Assembly: GCF_006345805.1 (NCBI RefSeq)
Contig: NC_043009.1
Coordinates: 25,482,001 to 25,546,000 of the forward strand
Length of the DNA stretch: 64,000 bases
Direction of reading: 5' to 3'
From: Octopus sinensis
Taxonomy: Eukaryota
The notes below the pieces were generated by a model. That model was not told where the DNA came from. It saw only the letters and a list, made by a program, of their open reading frames with translations, and searched no databases. Below are positions 1-14,700 of this stretch, piece by piece. How positions within the stretch are numbered: position 1 is the first letter of the stretch; the number at the start of each line of letters is the position of its first letter. The translations under genes and the position numbers were made by a program.

Positions 1-3000
1 AAGTACTTCACATAATTTATGTGTGGTACTTAGTCACACTTGTCTCGGTATGTTGTATAAAGTATTAATAGTCGTTAAATACTAGAACATTGCTTGTTAT
101 ATTAAGTGAAACTTTAGAAGTATGCTTTTGTCACCATGAGTTATATCAGGAAATAAAGCATACAAGCAACAGTTGTGATTTAACTTTTGTCAAATATTTT
201 GGGACTTATACCCAAATGATGAAACAAATGCTAATTTTCAAAATGTCTTCATTCTTGAAATTAAATTAAACAAAATAAATTTCTCATTTGTATGGTTCCA
301 ATTTATGTTGTTATTACTTCACTGAGTTTTATCAGCATGGCTTTGTGGTAAGAAGCTTGCTTTCCAACCACATGGTTCCAGGTTCAGTCCCACTCTATGG
401 TGCCTTGGGCGAGTGTCTTTTACTTTAGTCTTGGGCTGACCAAAGCCTTGTGTTTGTGTGTGTGTGTGTGTGTCTGTCTGTCTCTGTTTGCCCTCGTCCT
501 CCACGGCTTGGCAACCGTTGCTAGTGTTTATGTTCCTGAAACTTAGCAGGTCAGCAAAAGGGACCGATAGAATAAATACCAAGCTTTAAAAAAGAAATAA
601 ACACTGGGGTTGATTCTTTCAACTAAAATTTTTTCAAGACGGTGCCCCAGCATGGCCGTAGTCTAATGACTAAAGCAACAAAAAGAAAAAAAGATAACCG
701 CAGTCTACTCTACTAGAAACCTATCACTGCCAAGTTTCATGAGGAAAATGTGTATTTGTCATAAAGTTATACCTCACTCATCCTGCACCTCTCATGTTAA
801 CGCTCTCTCTATCTTTTACTCTCTCTTCTCTCTACATTCAGTGTAAAGTATAACTGGAGACATCTATTAACTATTTAGCGTTTAAAATCAGCCACTGTTA
901 TGTCGAGATTGAGTGGAGCAACAACTGGACTTGTTTGAAATGTGAACAGAGCTCCGAACCAGTCCTACACACGTTTGCTCAGTGTCTGTTCATCGACAAT
1001 TTGTGGTTTGTGTTGAACAGCTGTTATCGCATGTAAAATGAATCCAAGCTATCAGCTGGGTCTCTCGGTTAAAGATCGACCTGCTTCAATCGTTTAACAA
1101 AGAAGAACAGTTAGCCTTCATTTTAACGGCTATCGCTATGGTGGTTGTGTGGTTGACATTGCTTCTTCTTTCAGACCAAGCTCTCAGCAGCATCTTCAAG
1201 TACCACAGGAAGAATAAGGTGACAGTGGAGAAGAGAGAAATTTTATGAAAATTAGGTGAAAATCATGCTGTTTGTGTGGCTAAAAGAGCCTTTGACATTC
1301 CAGGTATAATCTGGAGGAGGGCACTCACTTTGGAGTGTCATGGTAATCTGAAGGTTTGTATGGGTGTCTTGAATGACCCAGTGTGGTGGATCCCTGTTTT
1401 TAGGGTTCTTGTCTTTTAATTATTATTTCTTTGGTTTTTTTTTTTTTACTTTCTATTATTATTATTATTATATTATTATTATTATTATTATTATCATTAT
1501 TGTGATCTCCCTGTTTTGCTTCCTGTAAGTCTTCCTTCTGAATTCGTATTTTATCCTTGTACTGTTAACAATGTTTTGGCCCTTCTGGCCAATAAAATAA
1601 ATCCATATCATAATAATAACAACAAGAGCACTCAGAGAGTGCAAACCTCTGCCAAGGCAACACCAGTGTCCTCTCAACAATTAGTTGGAGATGATTTTTA
1701 GAATGAGAATATCTGAAATAAACTTGACTGCTCTCACAAATGAGAATACTAAAAATGAACCAGACCACTCTCAAAAATTAAGTTAAAAAAAAAAAAAACA
1801 GAAAAATAATCCAGAATCCTTGTCCAGTACCAGATCAATCCCCAAATCTAATCAGTTCATGCCAGTCATGAAGCCAAACATCCTTAAAAGTTTCATCCGA
1901 ATCCATCCAACTGTTCTTGAGATATCTTGTCCAGGGACTAACAAACAAACACGACTGAAAACAATACCTCTACTTTCGCTAAGGTGGAGGTAATACTCCT
2001 TTCTCCTATAAGCACAAGGCCTGAAATCTTTGGGCAACAGGAATAGTCAATTGCATCAACCCCCAGTGCTCAGCTAGTACTTATTTCATCAACCCCAAAA
2101 GGATGAAAGGTATAGGTGACCTCAGTGGAATTTGAACTCTGAACACAAAAATGAACAAAATGTTGCTAAGCATTTTGCCTGGCAATCTGGAAAAACTGTC
2201 AAAGCATTGGACAAAATGAATGGGGAAAGTGGCGCGGAGGTTTTTTTCTGGCTCTTTAAATGCCACTGAGCTTCACTTTGCTTTTCGTCCTCTTGTGGTC
2301 AACAAAACCAGTATCAGTCGAATGCGGGGGGGTCAGTGTGATTGACTAATTTCCTGCCACTAGATTTGTTCGCTTTGTACCAAAACCTGAAATCATTAAG
2401 GGTGACAAACAGACAGAATCATTACCATGCTGGACAAAATGCTTGGCAGCATTTCTTTCAGCTTTACGTTTCAAAGTTCACATTCTGCCGAGGTTGACTT
2501 TGCCTTTCATCCTTTCAGGATTAATGAAAGAATTACCATTGGCCCCTGTTGAGTTCTGGAGTTGATGTAATCGAGTATCCCACACACCCAAATTTCAGGC
2601 CTTTGTGCCTATAGTAGAAAGGGTTATTATTAGTATTATATAAAGCAGTGAACTGGCAGAATCGTTAACACGCTGGGTAAAATGCGTAGCGGTATTTTAC
2701 CTGCTGTTATGTTCTGAGTTCAAATCCCGTCAAAGTTGATTTTGCCTTTCACCCCTTTGGGGTTGGTAAATTAAGTACCAGTGAAACACTGAGGTCAATG
2801 TAATCGACTAGTCCCCCCACCACAAAATTTTAAGCTTTGTGTCTTCAGTATAAAGTATTATTATTATTAAGGCAATATGCTGGCAGAGTCGCTGAGTGAA
2901 ATGCTTAGCGGTATTTCGGCCATCCTTACATTCCGAGTTCAAATTCTGCTGAGGTCGCATTTGCCTTTCATCCTTTCAGGGTCAATGAAATAAGTACCAG

Positions 3001-3075
3001 TTATGCATTGAGGTCAGTGTAATTGATTAGCCCCCAACCCCTAAAATTTCAGGCTATGTGCCTATAGTAGAAAGG

Positions 3076-3108
<33 letters not shown>

Positions 3109-3126
3109 TCTCTTTCTCCTTCTCAG

Positions 3127-3221
3127 TAATAAATCAGAGACCTTGCCTATTGAAAGCAGTCGGAATATTACTCATATTGCAACATCCCCAGATGGCTACA
3201 CACTTATTTTGGTCAATGAAG
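3127..3221 (+). CDS. PWP2: PWP2 exon ([31 protein letters not shown])
   Basis: tctcag acceptor, gtgagt donor, phase 2->1. Confidence 0.9.
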
Positions 3222-6200
3222 GTGAGTACAATGATAAAGAGGGGAGTTTATTTGTTAAGGGACAGGAAAAAGGGTCAAAAATCAATTCCTTTAGTGTGGT
3301 GGGCAGTAACCTGCTGTCCGTAGGATCATTTCTGGCATTGAACAAATGGTGAAGATTCCATTTAGTCAAGAAAGAAGAGATTTGATCTCACACACACACA
3401 CACATGTATATCTACATGATGATCTTCCATACTATTTTCATCTACCAATGCATTGGTTGGCCAATGGTTAAACCAGTTGACATTTACCCTTGCTGCTGTG
3501 CAATGGGACTGAACCTAAAACCACCAGGTTACAAAGCAAGTTTCTAATCCATGCATTCTATGCCTAAATTAGGTTTTGTTTTTTTTTTGTTTTGGTTTTT
3601 TTTTCCCCAACTGTAAATTCATGTTGTTGAGATGGTTTCAAAGATGTTGTTGTTTAATTGGTGTAGCACTGATCTAGCAGGCCTATATTCGCACATGCAT
3701 TTCAAGGTCAACTTTGTCCTTCATTCTTCTTCGGGTTCCCTGGTTCATCATCAGGTGGTTTGTACTCCTATGAAAATTCCAGGTAATTTTTCATTAGACG
3801 TGTGCCATTCACAAAGTCCTACAGGCTGCAGCTTGCTCATGTCTCACTTAGATCTTTCTTCCTTTGCTGGATTTTATTAGGGTAAAGTATGGAAGTGTCC
3901 GAAGGTCGTCTGTTAGTGAAGTTCAAATTATATTGGAAATTAGTTAATTAAAAAAAAAAAATGAAATAAAAAAAATTCAAATGTTTTTTTTTTCCTCCTT
4001 TTACCAAAACAGAATAAAATTTTCACTCTTTATTGGATTTCAGTTACTCTCTCTCTCTCTCTCTCTCTTCAAAATTTTTATTTTATTTTAACACCCCCAG
4101 TATTATGTCAACTCGGTTTTAATTTAAAAATTCCTCTGGGTTTTATCAATTTAAAATTTGAAATAAAAAAAGAGTAAAAACAATTAAAAAACACAAACAA
4201 AAATTCCCTTTACTGGACCCTTATATTAACCGTTGAATGGCTCTTCTTCAAATATTTGTATCCCTTGTTTCGTTTTATTGAATTTTGTAGAAAACAAATT
4301 ATTTATTTTTTGTAATAAATTACTATTATTAATATTCATTGTATACCGCATATGCTTGTTTTGTTTTTAAGTATTTTACCATTTCTAAACCCCAACACTT
4401 TATGTCTGTCTTTGTATTGACCCCTCATCCTTTGCCCTGGTGGCAAATAAATGAAATCATCATCCTCTTCCTCATTACTATTATTATTCATATCCTCACA
4501 ACAGATTAGAATGTTAGAAAAGAAAAACTCCTAACATCAGGCTACAACAAGAAACCTTAGATGCCAAGAACCTTCCTAAATATCCTAGTTGTTTTCTGGA
4601 GCTATACTAAACTGGGTTTTATGCCCATTTCCTCTATCCATCTGTTCAGATCTTTAGGGATAGTTCCCAATGCACTTATAACTACTGGGAAACATTTTAT
4701 CCACATTATTATTATCATTGTTATTGTTATTGCGTGAAAGAGCAGTGCATGCCATCAAAGTGACACTGGAATAAAATATACAAAGCCCAGTATACCCATC
4801 ATGATTACCTGTCTGATAAGGGTACATCTGGCACATGCATCACAACCATATGAGTGCTACATGGTGATCTCATATTAAGTTAAACAGCTCATGACCTTGC
4901 AGGTGGGGCCCAGTTAGAATTTTCTTCAGGTCAAGTAGCCCATCCCACTCTAAAGGTCCACGAATAAGGGTTGTTTAAGGATGTTGAACAAAACACCCAT
5001 ATTTCCAAAGGTGAATTATTCGAACCCTAAAGAATTCCTCTCAACACATCACTATGATGCTCCTCTACTACTTCTGCTCCTGATCAGAGATGCACATATC
5101 GTCAGCCACTAAAAACAAAAATCTAAAATATTTTATCAATATTCCTAATTCCTCCACATCCTAACACTGTCAGAAACCTCTGGATATCAACCACCATCAC
5201 CACCGCTCTTGCTATGTGTTGATTCAATCAGGGAAAATTCATGTATGAATGAACTATTTCCAGAGGAGTAGTTTTTATTAATAGAAGGATGAAAATTCAG
5301 ACAATATAATTATAATAATCCTTTCTGCTATAGGCAGAAAGCCTGAAACTTTTGATGGGATGGGGTTTATCAATTACATTGATCCTAGCTATCAATTGGT
5401 ACCTGAAAGAATGAAAGGCAAAGTTGACCATAGAGGAATTGAAACTCAGATTGTAAAGAATAAAAAGTTTTGAATGGTACAACAATGCACTATAATACAA
5501 ACAATGGGCTATATACCTGTTGTAATTTAGTCATCCATAGTCTGATATGATATTTCGGAATAAAATTCCTTCTGATATTCTTAGGTGGATTCACTGCTAT
5601 AATCAGTTTTTGTGAAGCTGCAAGCTGGATATATTTTTCATGAAAGACTGGAAACAAACAACATTGCCTGTATAATAGTGATGCTTATTTACAATCTTCA
5701 CATGATGTCAATACAAGGGCACACACGCACACATGCGGCAGGATTCTTTCAATTTCCCTCTACCAAAAATCTACTCACAAGCTTTGCTTGGCCCAGGGAT
5801 AATATAGGACAATCCAAAACCATGCAGGAATGTTTAATATAGAAACATTATTCCATCCCGTAGAAGGTTTACCTTCCATCTGCTTTACCATGATACAAGG
5901 GCTAAATGCCAACCCTTAAGGGCTTTTGGGGCTTCTGTAAGAATATTACCTGTGATAGATCAACATTGTATACAACATCTTGGTTCACTTAGCTGTAAGA
6001 ACTATGTTCCAGATTATGTGAGGATGTTAAACTGTAATAGACCTGTGTGTGATGAAGTGGGTGTCTGTAGGTTTAAATATTTCTAAGTTTTCTGTACCAA
6101 ATATTCTGTTTGCTTTTTCTTCTAGAGGGAGAGGCGCTGCTGTGCAGTCTCATTAGTCGCAGTGTGCTGCACCGATTCCACTTCCACGGTCCAGTGCACT

Positions 6201-6755
6201 CTGTCAAATTCAGTCCTGATGGCAAGTGAGTATTTATATTTCCTTTTATATTTTATGTACCAATCTGACCTGCTTTACAACTTAATTATCATTCCACAGA
6301 GCTCCGCCAACCATGGAAAATTTTAACTTAACAGACACTATATAAAGCCAACATGAATTCGACTGTATCTCAGTCCCACCTTGGCTGAGCAGGCCAATAC
6401 TTCAAAGTCACTATCATTACAATTCTTGTTAAAGAATAATAAATATCTACTCTACAGAATGTATTGAGTAATCTTTCAGTTTGATGTAAATTTGTTTTTA
6501 TTATAACTTGACATGAGACAAATTAATAACATGCCGGGACAAAATGCTTAGCGACATTTCTTTTGTCCTTACGTTCAGAGTTCAAATTCCACTGAGGTCA
6601 ACTTTGCCTTTCATCCTTTCGGGATTGATGAAATAAGTACCAGTTGAACACTGGGGTCGATGTAATTGACTTACCCACCTCCCCTGAAGTTGCTGGCATT
6701 GTGCCAAAATTTGAAACAATTATAACTAGCCATAAAAATAAACATTAATATATAA

Positions 6756-6789
<34 letters not shown>

Positions 6790-9700
6790 CACACACACAC
6801 ACTTACTTCATCAGAGAACTATTTGTAAATTTGAGGGGAAAAGAAAAGCAAAATTCCTGTATTTGCCTTGGTGTGTACAGAGAAAGTGAAGGGGAAATGG
6901 GTCACATTTTTTAGTATAGGTGCAGGTTTGGCTGTGTGGTTAAGAGACTCACATTGCAGCATTTGGATTAGAGTTCAGTCTTTATGAACAGCACAGTCAG
7001 TCATAACTTTAAAATTAATTGGATGGTCACAGCTGGAATGCCTCATAAGTATGCTTTGCGAAGAGTTGATTTGAAGCTAAGTCAGTGGGATGAGCTATAA
7101 ATTAGTTTATACTGCTACAAGACACAAAATATAAAATTTCTTGATGATATTTAATTACAAAAACACAGTAAAATGTTTGAGCTCTACGGAGGCAATGACT
7201 GAGATGTTTGGCATTATGTCACGGCTGAGAAGAAGACCCATCAAGCTGAGCCAAATTGCAGTTGTGGCAGATACAGGTGTCACGCAAATTGGCACCCATG
7301 CCAGTGGCATGTAAAAGGACCCATTATACTCTTGGCGTAGTTGGCATTAAGAAGGGCATCCTGCCAAATTGGACTTCCAGCTTATCAGCCCTGGTTAAAC
7401 CATCTGACTCATGCCAGCATGGACAGTGTACGTTAAATGATGATGGTGATGATACAGAGAATGGCCAGGAGGGTTCATAGAGTAGAATAGGAACCAAAGG
7501 GGTCTGTAGGCAAAAAATGGATGAGAACCATTGGGCTTCGGTAGCCTAATACAATGCAGTTTGAACTCATGACCTTTGTACTTCCAGTCTTTTACTCTAT
7601 ATTGTTATGTTAATATGTCTTCAACACATTGGAATCTGGTTACTTTGGAATATAGCATTGGTTTTTAACCCTTCATTGTTGAAAATAATGAAATCCAATG
7701 CAACCAGTGACAGATAAAGTTATTTGTTGAAGCTGTTATATTTATAGTTATTGATATGGCTGTGTGGTAAGAAGTTTGCTTCCCAACCACATAGTTCTGG
7801 GTTCATTCCCATTGCGTGGAACCTGGGGCAAGTGTCTTCTATCACCTCGGACTGATCAAAGCCTTGTGAGTGGATTTGGTAGATGAAAACTGAAGGAAGC
7901 CCATTGTGTGTGTATTGTTATGTTTACATCTCCATAACTTAGCAGTTTGGCAAAAAAAGACCGCAGTCTAATGACTAAAACAAGTAGAGGATAAAAGATA
8001 TAATATGGGCATTTATCCTTGATAGAAGAGAGAATGTGTAAATATATATGTGTGTATAAATATATATATGTATGTATAAATATATATATATGTATAAATA
8101 TATATATGTATATACTTATGTATAAATATATATATGTATATACTTATACATAAATATATATATGTATATACTTATACATATGCAGAGACACACACACACA
8201 CACATCATCATCATTTAACGTCCACTTTCCATGCTAGCATGGGTTGGACGATTTGACTGGAGACTGGCAAATCAGATGGCTGCACCAGGCTCCAATCTGA
8301 TCTGGCAGAGTTTCTACAGCTGGATGCTCTTCCTAATGCTAACCACTCCGAGAGTGTGGTGGGTGCTTTTATGTGCCACCGGCACGGGGTCCAGTTAGGC
8401 AGTACTGGCAATGGCCACGTTCAAATGGTGCTTTTTACGTGCCACCTGCACAGGAGCCAGTCCAGCGGCACTGGCAACAACCTTGTTCAAATGTTTTACA
8501 CGTGTCACCGGCATAAGTGCCAGTAAGGCGACGCTGGTAATGATCATGCTCGAATGGTGCTTTTTACGTGCCACCGGTACAGAAAATGAATGAGCCTAAT
8601 ATCTTCTTAAGGCAGGGACTTGTAGCCCTTTTCAGGACTTTTGTGTTGTAAGGCCTTTTTCAGTGCCCTGCAATTCACTGCCACTATTCTTCCATCTACT
8701 TAAAATAACCTATTTAAATACATAAAATACTGAAATTCACAAAGATCTTCACAAGAAAAGTGACTTGCTTCGGCTAGAAATAGTTTTATATGGTGATATA
8801 AATATTGGCTTGGTGCATAATTATTGCGGCTTTTTTTTTTTAAACAAATTTTGTTCAACAAAAACAGTAACAGTATTTAAGAAAAACCTCTTTAAATGAC
8901 AGTCTGACCATCTGCCAAACAGATGAGATGCAGGAATTGAAGTAGATGGTGAATATACTCCAGAATAATCATTTAAAGATGTTTTTGTTACATGTTGTTA
9001 TTGTTTTTGTTGAATAAAATTTGTTGAAAAAAGCCACAATAATTATGCACCAACCCAGTAGATGTGAAGATATTTTGGGGCATAAAATCTGTTCAGAAAA
9101 GCAAATGTATTTTGAAATCCGAAAATGTTTCTAGATTCTGTATTCTTTGTTCTGGTGGTCTCAGTCTATGCTGTGCCACTGGTTTTAAAGTTGGTTGCTC
9201 TGAAAAGTAGGTTCAGTTTCATGCAAAGGAACTGCTTGGGCTCTTAGAACATTTGCTCCAGCTTACTAAGTTTAGAATGTAGTCTTACTGGGCCACAGGT
9301 TGACTTCTACGATTTCTGAACCACATGGCTCCGGGTTCAGTCCCACTGCATGGCACCTTGGGCAAGCATCTTCTACTATAGACCTCAGGCCAACCAAATC
9401 CTTGTGAGTGAGTTTTGTAGAGAGAAATTAAAAGAAGCCCATCATATATGTGTGTGTGTGTGTGTGTATTTGCATTTGTCGCCTCCCCTCCATTGATTGA
9501 CAACTGCTGTTGGTGTGTTTACATCCCCATAACTTAGCAGTTCAGCCAAAGTGATCAATAGAATGAGTACCAAGCTTAAAAAGAAAAAGTACTGGGGTCA
9601 GTACATTCAACTATAAATTCTTCAAGGCAATGCCCCAGTATGGCCAAAGTCTAATGACTGAAACAAGTGAAATAAAAAAAATTATAATTTTCTTTTTTTT

Positions 9701-11652
9701 TTTGTTTTACAGGAAGTTTGCTGTTGCTAAAGGGGACAAAGTCCTTTTGTATAGTGCTCCTTGTAAACAAATGAATTTCAACCCCTTCAGACTACTACGA
9801 ACCCTTTATGGGGCTTATGACGACAATGTTTGTATCGATTGGAGTTCAGATTCACGGTCAGTGGATTTTTATTTTTTTGTCTGTTTTCTTGGTTTTGTTG
9901 TTGTTTAATAATCTTTAACATGAGTGAGTGTAGGGGGACCCCTGATGGACAGTGTGGAGGTTTAGGTTTGATCCTTTGGATGCGTAGTGCCAAGTTAAAA
10001 TAAAGGTTGGATGCAGGTGAGGGTCGTTAGTGGCTATAGGTCAAAGATATTGGATAATCTTGTATGTTGTGGGGAAATGTGGAAACTGATGTTTCAAGCA
10101 AAAAGCGTTTTTTGCAGAGTAAATTCTATCCTAAATAATTTAGATTTATCTCACCAAAGAAGGGCTTTGATTGTAAATTAATTTCGCCAAAATATATCCC
10201 CTCTTGCAAGCTTAATTAAATGACTCTTACAGATTCTGGTATTTCTCAGAGATGTCGGCTAGTGTATAAAGAGTAAAGACCCCCTCTGGTCATGAATGAC
10301 CGTGGGATTGCACCTTCAAGGCTCGAGTCTGGGCAAGGTTGTTTGTGGAAGACCAGCATTCTCCCATACATACCCAGCATCCCTTCTCCATTCCCACCAA
10401 TGTTATCCAAGAGGAAGAGGCAAAGGCTGATACAAATTGGCACCAGTGACACCACAACTCATTTCTACAGCTGAGTGAACTAGGGCAATGTGAAATAAAG
10501 TGTCTTGCTCAAGGACACAACACAGCTTGGTTCGGGGATCGGTTGATGTACATAAGAGAGATAACTCTGCTGCTTAATGTTATCAATGGTGCATGCTGGG
10601 TGAAAATTTGACATTTGTTAGCCTGGTCACAGTTTGGTCATAAGTGTGCTCAATCAGGCCTGAACTAGCACGAATCAACATCGCATGATTTTCATATACA
10701 TAATAGTGGTGGATTGGCAGGATTGATAGAGCATTGGAGGAAAATGTTCTGTGGCAGTTTCTTATGGTTCCGTATATTCTGAGTTCAAATCCTGCTGAAG
10801 TTCCAACTTTGCCTTTCATCTTTTAGGGCCAATTATATATAATACCAGTTATGTACTGGGAAAAGAATGTGGTGTCAATATAATTGTCTGTTTCCCCTCC
10901 TCCTTTTAAACTTTGAGCCTTGTACTTATTTTAGAAAGAATTGTATGTACACACACGTATACATGCATATATACAAACGCACATTTTTGCACTCATTCAG
11001 TGTCACACGTTTACATATACACATGTATACATACTCAAACTCACCCAGCATTACACACTCAGTATCACACACATATATAAACATACAAACCCACATATGG
11101 CACACTCTTGCACATACACATATACTTGCTGCACTCACTCAGTGTCACACGCATACACACACACATTGTTATTAGAATTTATTTATATTGAATATATTTT
11201 GATTTTTTCCCCCTTCTTCCATTTGAAAATAAATGTTTATTTTCCTTTCCAGTGTTCTATGTGTTGGTTCCAAAGATATGTCAACCCGTGTCTATGGTGC
11301 CATCCGCTTCAAGAATCTCATCATTTACACTGTTGGAGGTCATTCAGACAGCATAGTCGGTGCCTTCTTTGAAAAAGATTCTATGAATGTATCCTTTTTG
11401 TCTTCTACCTTTCTTGTATACAAACACTCACACAAACACATAAACCTGTACACATAGGAAGGGCGTCCAGCCATAGAAACTATGCCAAAGCAGACTGGAG
11501 TAAAGTGCAACTCCCCAGCTTGCCAACTCTGGTCAAACCGTCCAACCCATGCCAGCAGGGACAACAGATGATGATGATAGTCAGAACTATACACTTATAA
11601 GACACATAGATATAATCAGAGACAGACCACGTTATACATACATATGCCCACC

Positions 11653-11712
<60 letters not shown>

Positions 11713-14700
11713 AATGGTATGAGGGTTATACACTTATGAAACACACAGTCATAGTCAGACCCCTGTTATACACCCACACAGACACATAAAAAGCACCTAT
11801 GCTGGTGACACATGGAAAGGTACCCATGCTGATGATAGATAAAAAGGTACCCATACAGCTGACATGTAGAAGATACCCAGTCTACTCTGTAAAGTGGTTG
11901 GCATTAGGAAGTGTATCCAGTCATAGAGACCAAGCCAAAACAGGTGACTAAAGCCTGGTGCAACTCTGGTTTACCAGTTCTGGTCAAGCCGTCTAACTCA
12001 TGCCAGCATGGAAAATGGGAATTAAATGATGATGATGATACACTGCATATATAGCAAGTTACACATTGATTTTTGCTGCCTGATTTCTACATGTGCATAT
12101 GCACTTGTGCAGTTAGTCTGATATTGTAACAAAGGAGATAGTATTGTAAGAATAGAGTTTGGGGGAAAATGGAAACTATTTTAAAATCATTCCGTTGCCA
12201 TTGTCGTTTTAATGTCTACTTTCAGCAGTAACATTGAATGGCTGTGAGGGTTCACCTGAATGAAATGGGAATCGAAGGGGTCCATAGGTAAAAAAAAAGC
12301 ATGAGAACCACCGGTCTAGACTGTAACCCCTGCCCCCTGAAATTGCCGACCTCTGTTTAGGTTAGAAAAACAGGTCCAAAAATTAGGGGCCATCTTTATT
12401 TATCGTCTGCCTTCCATACCGGCAGGTGTTGGATTGTTTGACAGGAGGATTCAGAGAATGCATCAAGGCCCAATGTCTACATTGGCTTGGCTTCTCCAGT
12501 TGGATGCCTTTCCTAATGCCAGCCACTTTACAGAGTCTACTGGGTCTGTTCTTGTAGTGTCAGCACTTGAGAAGTCAATAAAAATGTAAAATTTCCTTCT
12601 GAAATAGTTTTGGAATTCCTTAACTTGTCTTTTTGTTCAGCTTTACACAATAGCAGCAAATGGAATTGTGAATTACTGGGAATGTAATACTGGGTTGGAT
12701 GGACTGGAATCTTACAGAAAAGAAAATCAAAAAGATGCTGAAGATGTGGATGAAGAACAGTCTACAGGTACCTTTCTGTTCTTCCTTTTTTTTTTCAGTC
12801 AATCTTTTTATATTGGTATCTTTTTTGGTTTTATGCTTCAATTTTTAAAATTAAAAAAATTGAATTTTTGAGCGTTACGGCTCTGGTACTACAGACATGG
12901 GATTAGAATGTCACAGAAAAGAATCGCAAGATGGATTCTTCAGACTGACAGGAGACTTAGGGGTAGACCAGGAATGAAATAGTTGGATAATATCCGTAGT
13001 CTCAGCCGATCACACTTGAGAATCCAGCCAGGAGGTTAATGATGGTTACTTCAAATAGGACCCCGTTGAGGAAGTACCTAAAGACTCTCCCTGCCATGGC
13101 CCTACCAGAAATAATGGGTGGAGAAGATGAATGGATGGGGTTGGGGTAATAGGTGAAAAGAGGCTTTCATACCTTTCCTGAATGTATTTCTAATGTAAAT
13201 GAAGCAGTGCTCTTGATGATAGTGGAAGTCATGTGATGATGAAGATGATTAAGCTAGTGTATGTGTGTATATGTACAAGCTCATCTTTAAGTGGGGAATG
13301 GTAAATTATCTAATATTCCAATGACATACAAATCATGTAATTATCTTACGGACTCTTAAGATAAAGTGTTGTTGATGAGTAAATGCTATAAGCATTTTAT
13401 CTTGGCACTCTGCCAGTTCTATCAGCCTCCATCCTAAATATAATTATAATAACGACTCCTCTCGAGGCACAAATGCACGCTTTTGGTGGTACTGTTGAAT
13501 TCATCCATCCTTTAATATTTCAAATTCTTAATTTTATCAATTACAAGATCATATGAGACCTCTAGTGGTGTTTGAATTTCAAATGTTAAAGGGGAGACAA
13601 TCGAATTCCATGTGGCAACTCTGCCTCATAATACAAAGGGAGATAATTTAATATATCGTAAGGCAGTTTGTTTAACGCTCAACCTTGAGATAAAAAAGTA
13701 GATTGACAATACAACAGGCATTTTTATGTGGTGTGCTACATAATAATAATATTAACCCTTTAGCATTCAGATTAGGTAATGCTTATATATTTGTATTGAA
13801 TTAATCATGAATTATCATGTAGATTCTGGATTACGATAACACAGTAGTTTATTTTTAGAATGACATTGCAGGATAAGTGTGAGGGGCCTGATTTGGCCAG
13901 ATTGAACGTAAAGCAGGTAGAAAAAAAATCACCCAGCATACTCTGTAGAATGGATGATATTAGCAAGGGCATCTAGCTATAGAAGCCCTGCTGAAGCAGA
14001 ACAGCTCTCCAGCTTGCCAGCTTCAGTTAAACCATCCAACCCATGCCAGCATGGAAAACAGACATTAAACGATGATTATGATGATGGCTGGCTTAAATGC
14101 TAAAGGGTTAACAATGGTGAATGAATACCACCAGGCATCTTTTGTTTCCCTCATCTTCGTCACTCTTATTGAATGCTGTTTTGTATTTGCATACGTCATA
14201 TCATGCAATATGAAGAAAAAATGAAGTGAGTCCAGGGACTCATAAGGCTGGTTAATTGGTTTCCATATCTTATAAGTGACCAAGATCGCAACATTCTCCC
14301 TGAACAGGGTGTCAGTCCATTGCAGGTCTTTTCTTTTATGGTAAAGTGGACTGGAATATGAAATGAAGTGTTTTGCTCAAGAACACAATGCACTGCCCAG
14401 TCCAGGAATTGAAACTGCGATCTTGCAATTGTGAGCGCTATGCTCTAACCACTAGGCCTTGTGCCTTCACCTCGTATCACTTCATAAAGGGAGATAATAA
14501 CAGGTTAATTTAATGAGCAGATAATTCAGTTGTTAAACAAATAAATTATCATTGTTGAAACCAAGAGAATTCCATTCATGTGATAATGATAGCAATAGTT
14601 GGAAGCAATCTGAGTAATATGAAAGTAGTAAAATATATTTTTAATTTTAGCTCTATTGATTTCCTATCGAATTCAGAGTCAGCACTGCGGGTTAAAATGT

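Noticed and set aside
1-3126. First coding exon(s) of PWP2
   Set aside because: No segment encoding the conserved N-terminus (MKF.Y.FSNLLGTVY...SPVGNR) was found; it must lie upstream of the window.
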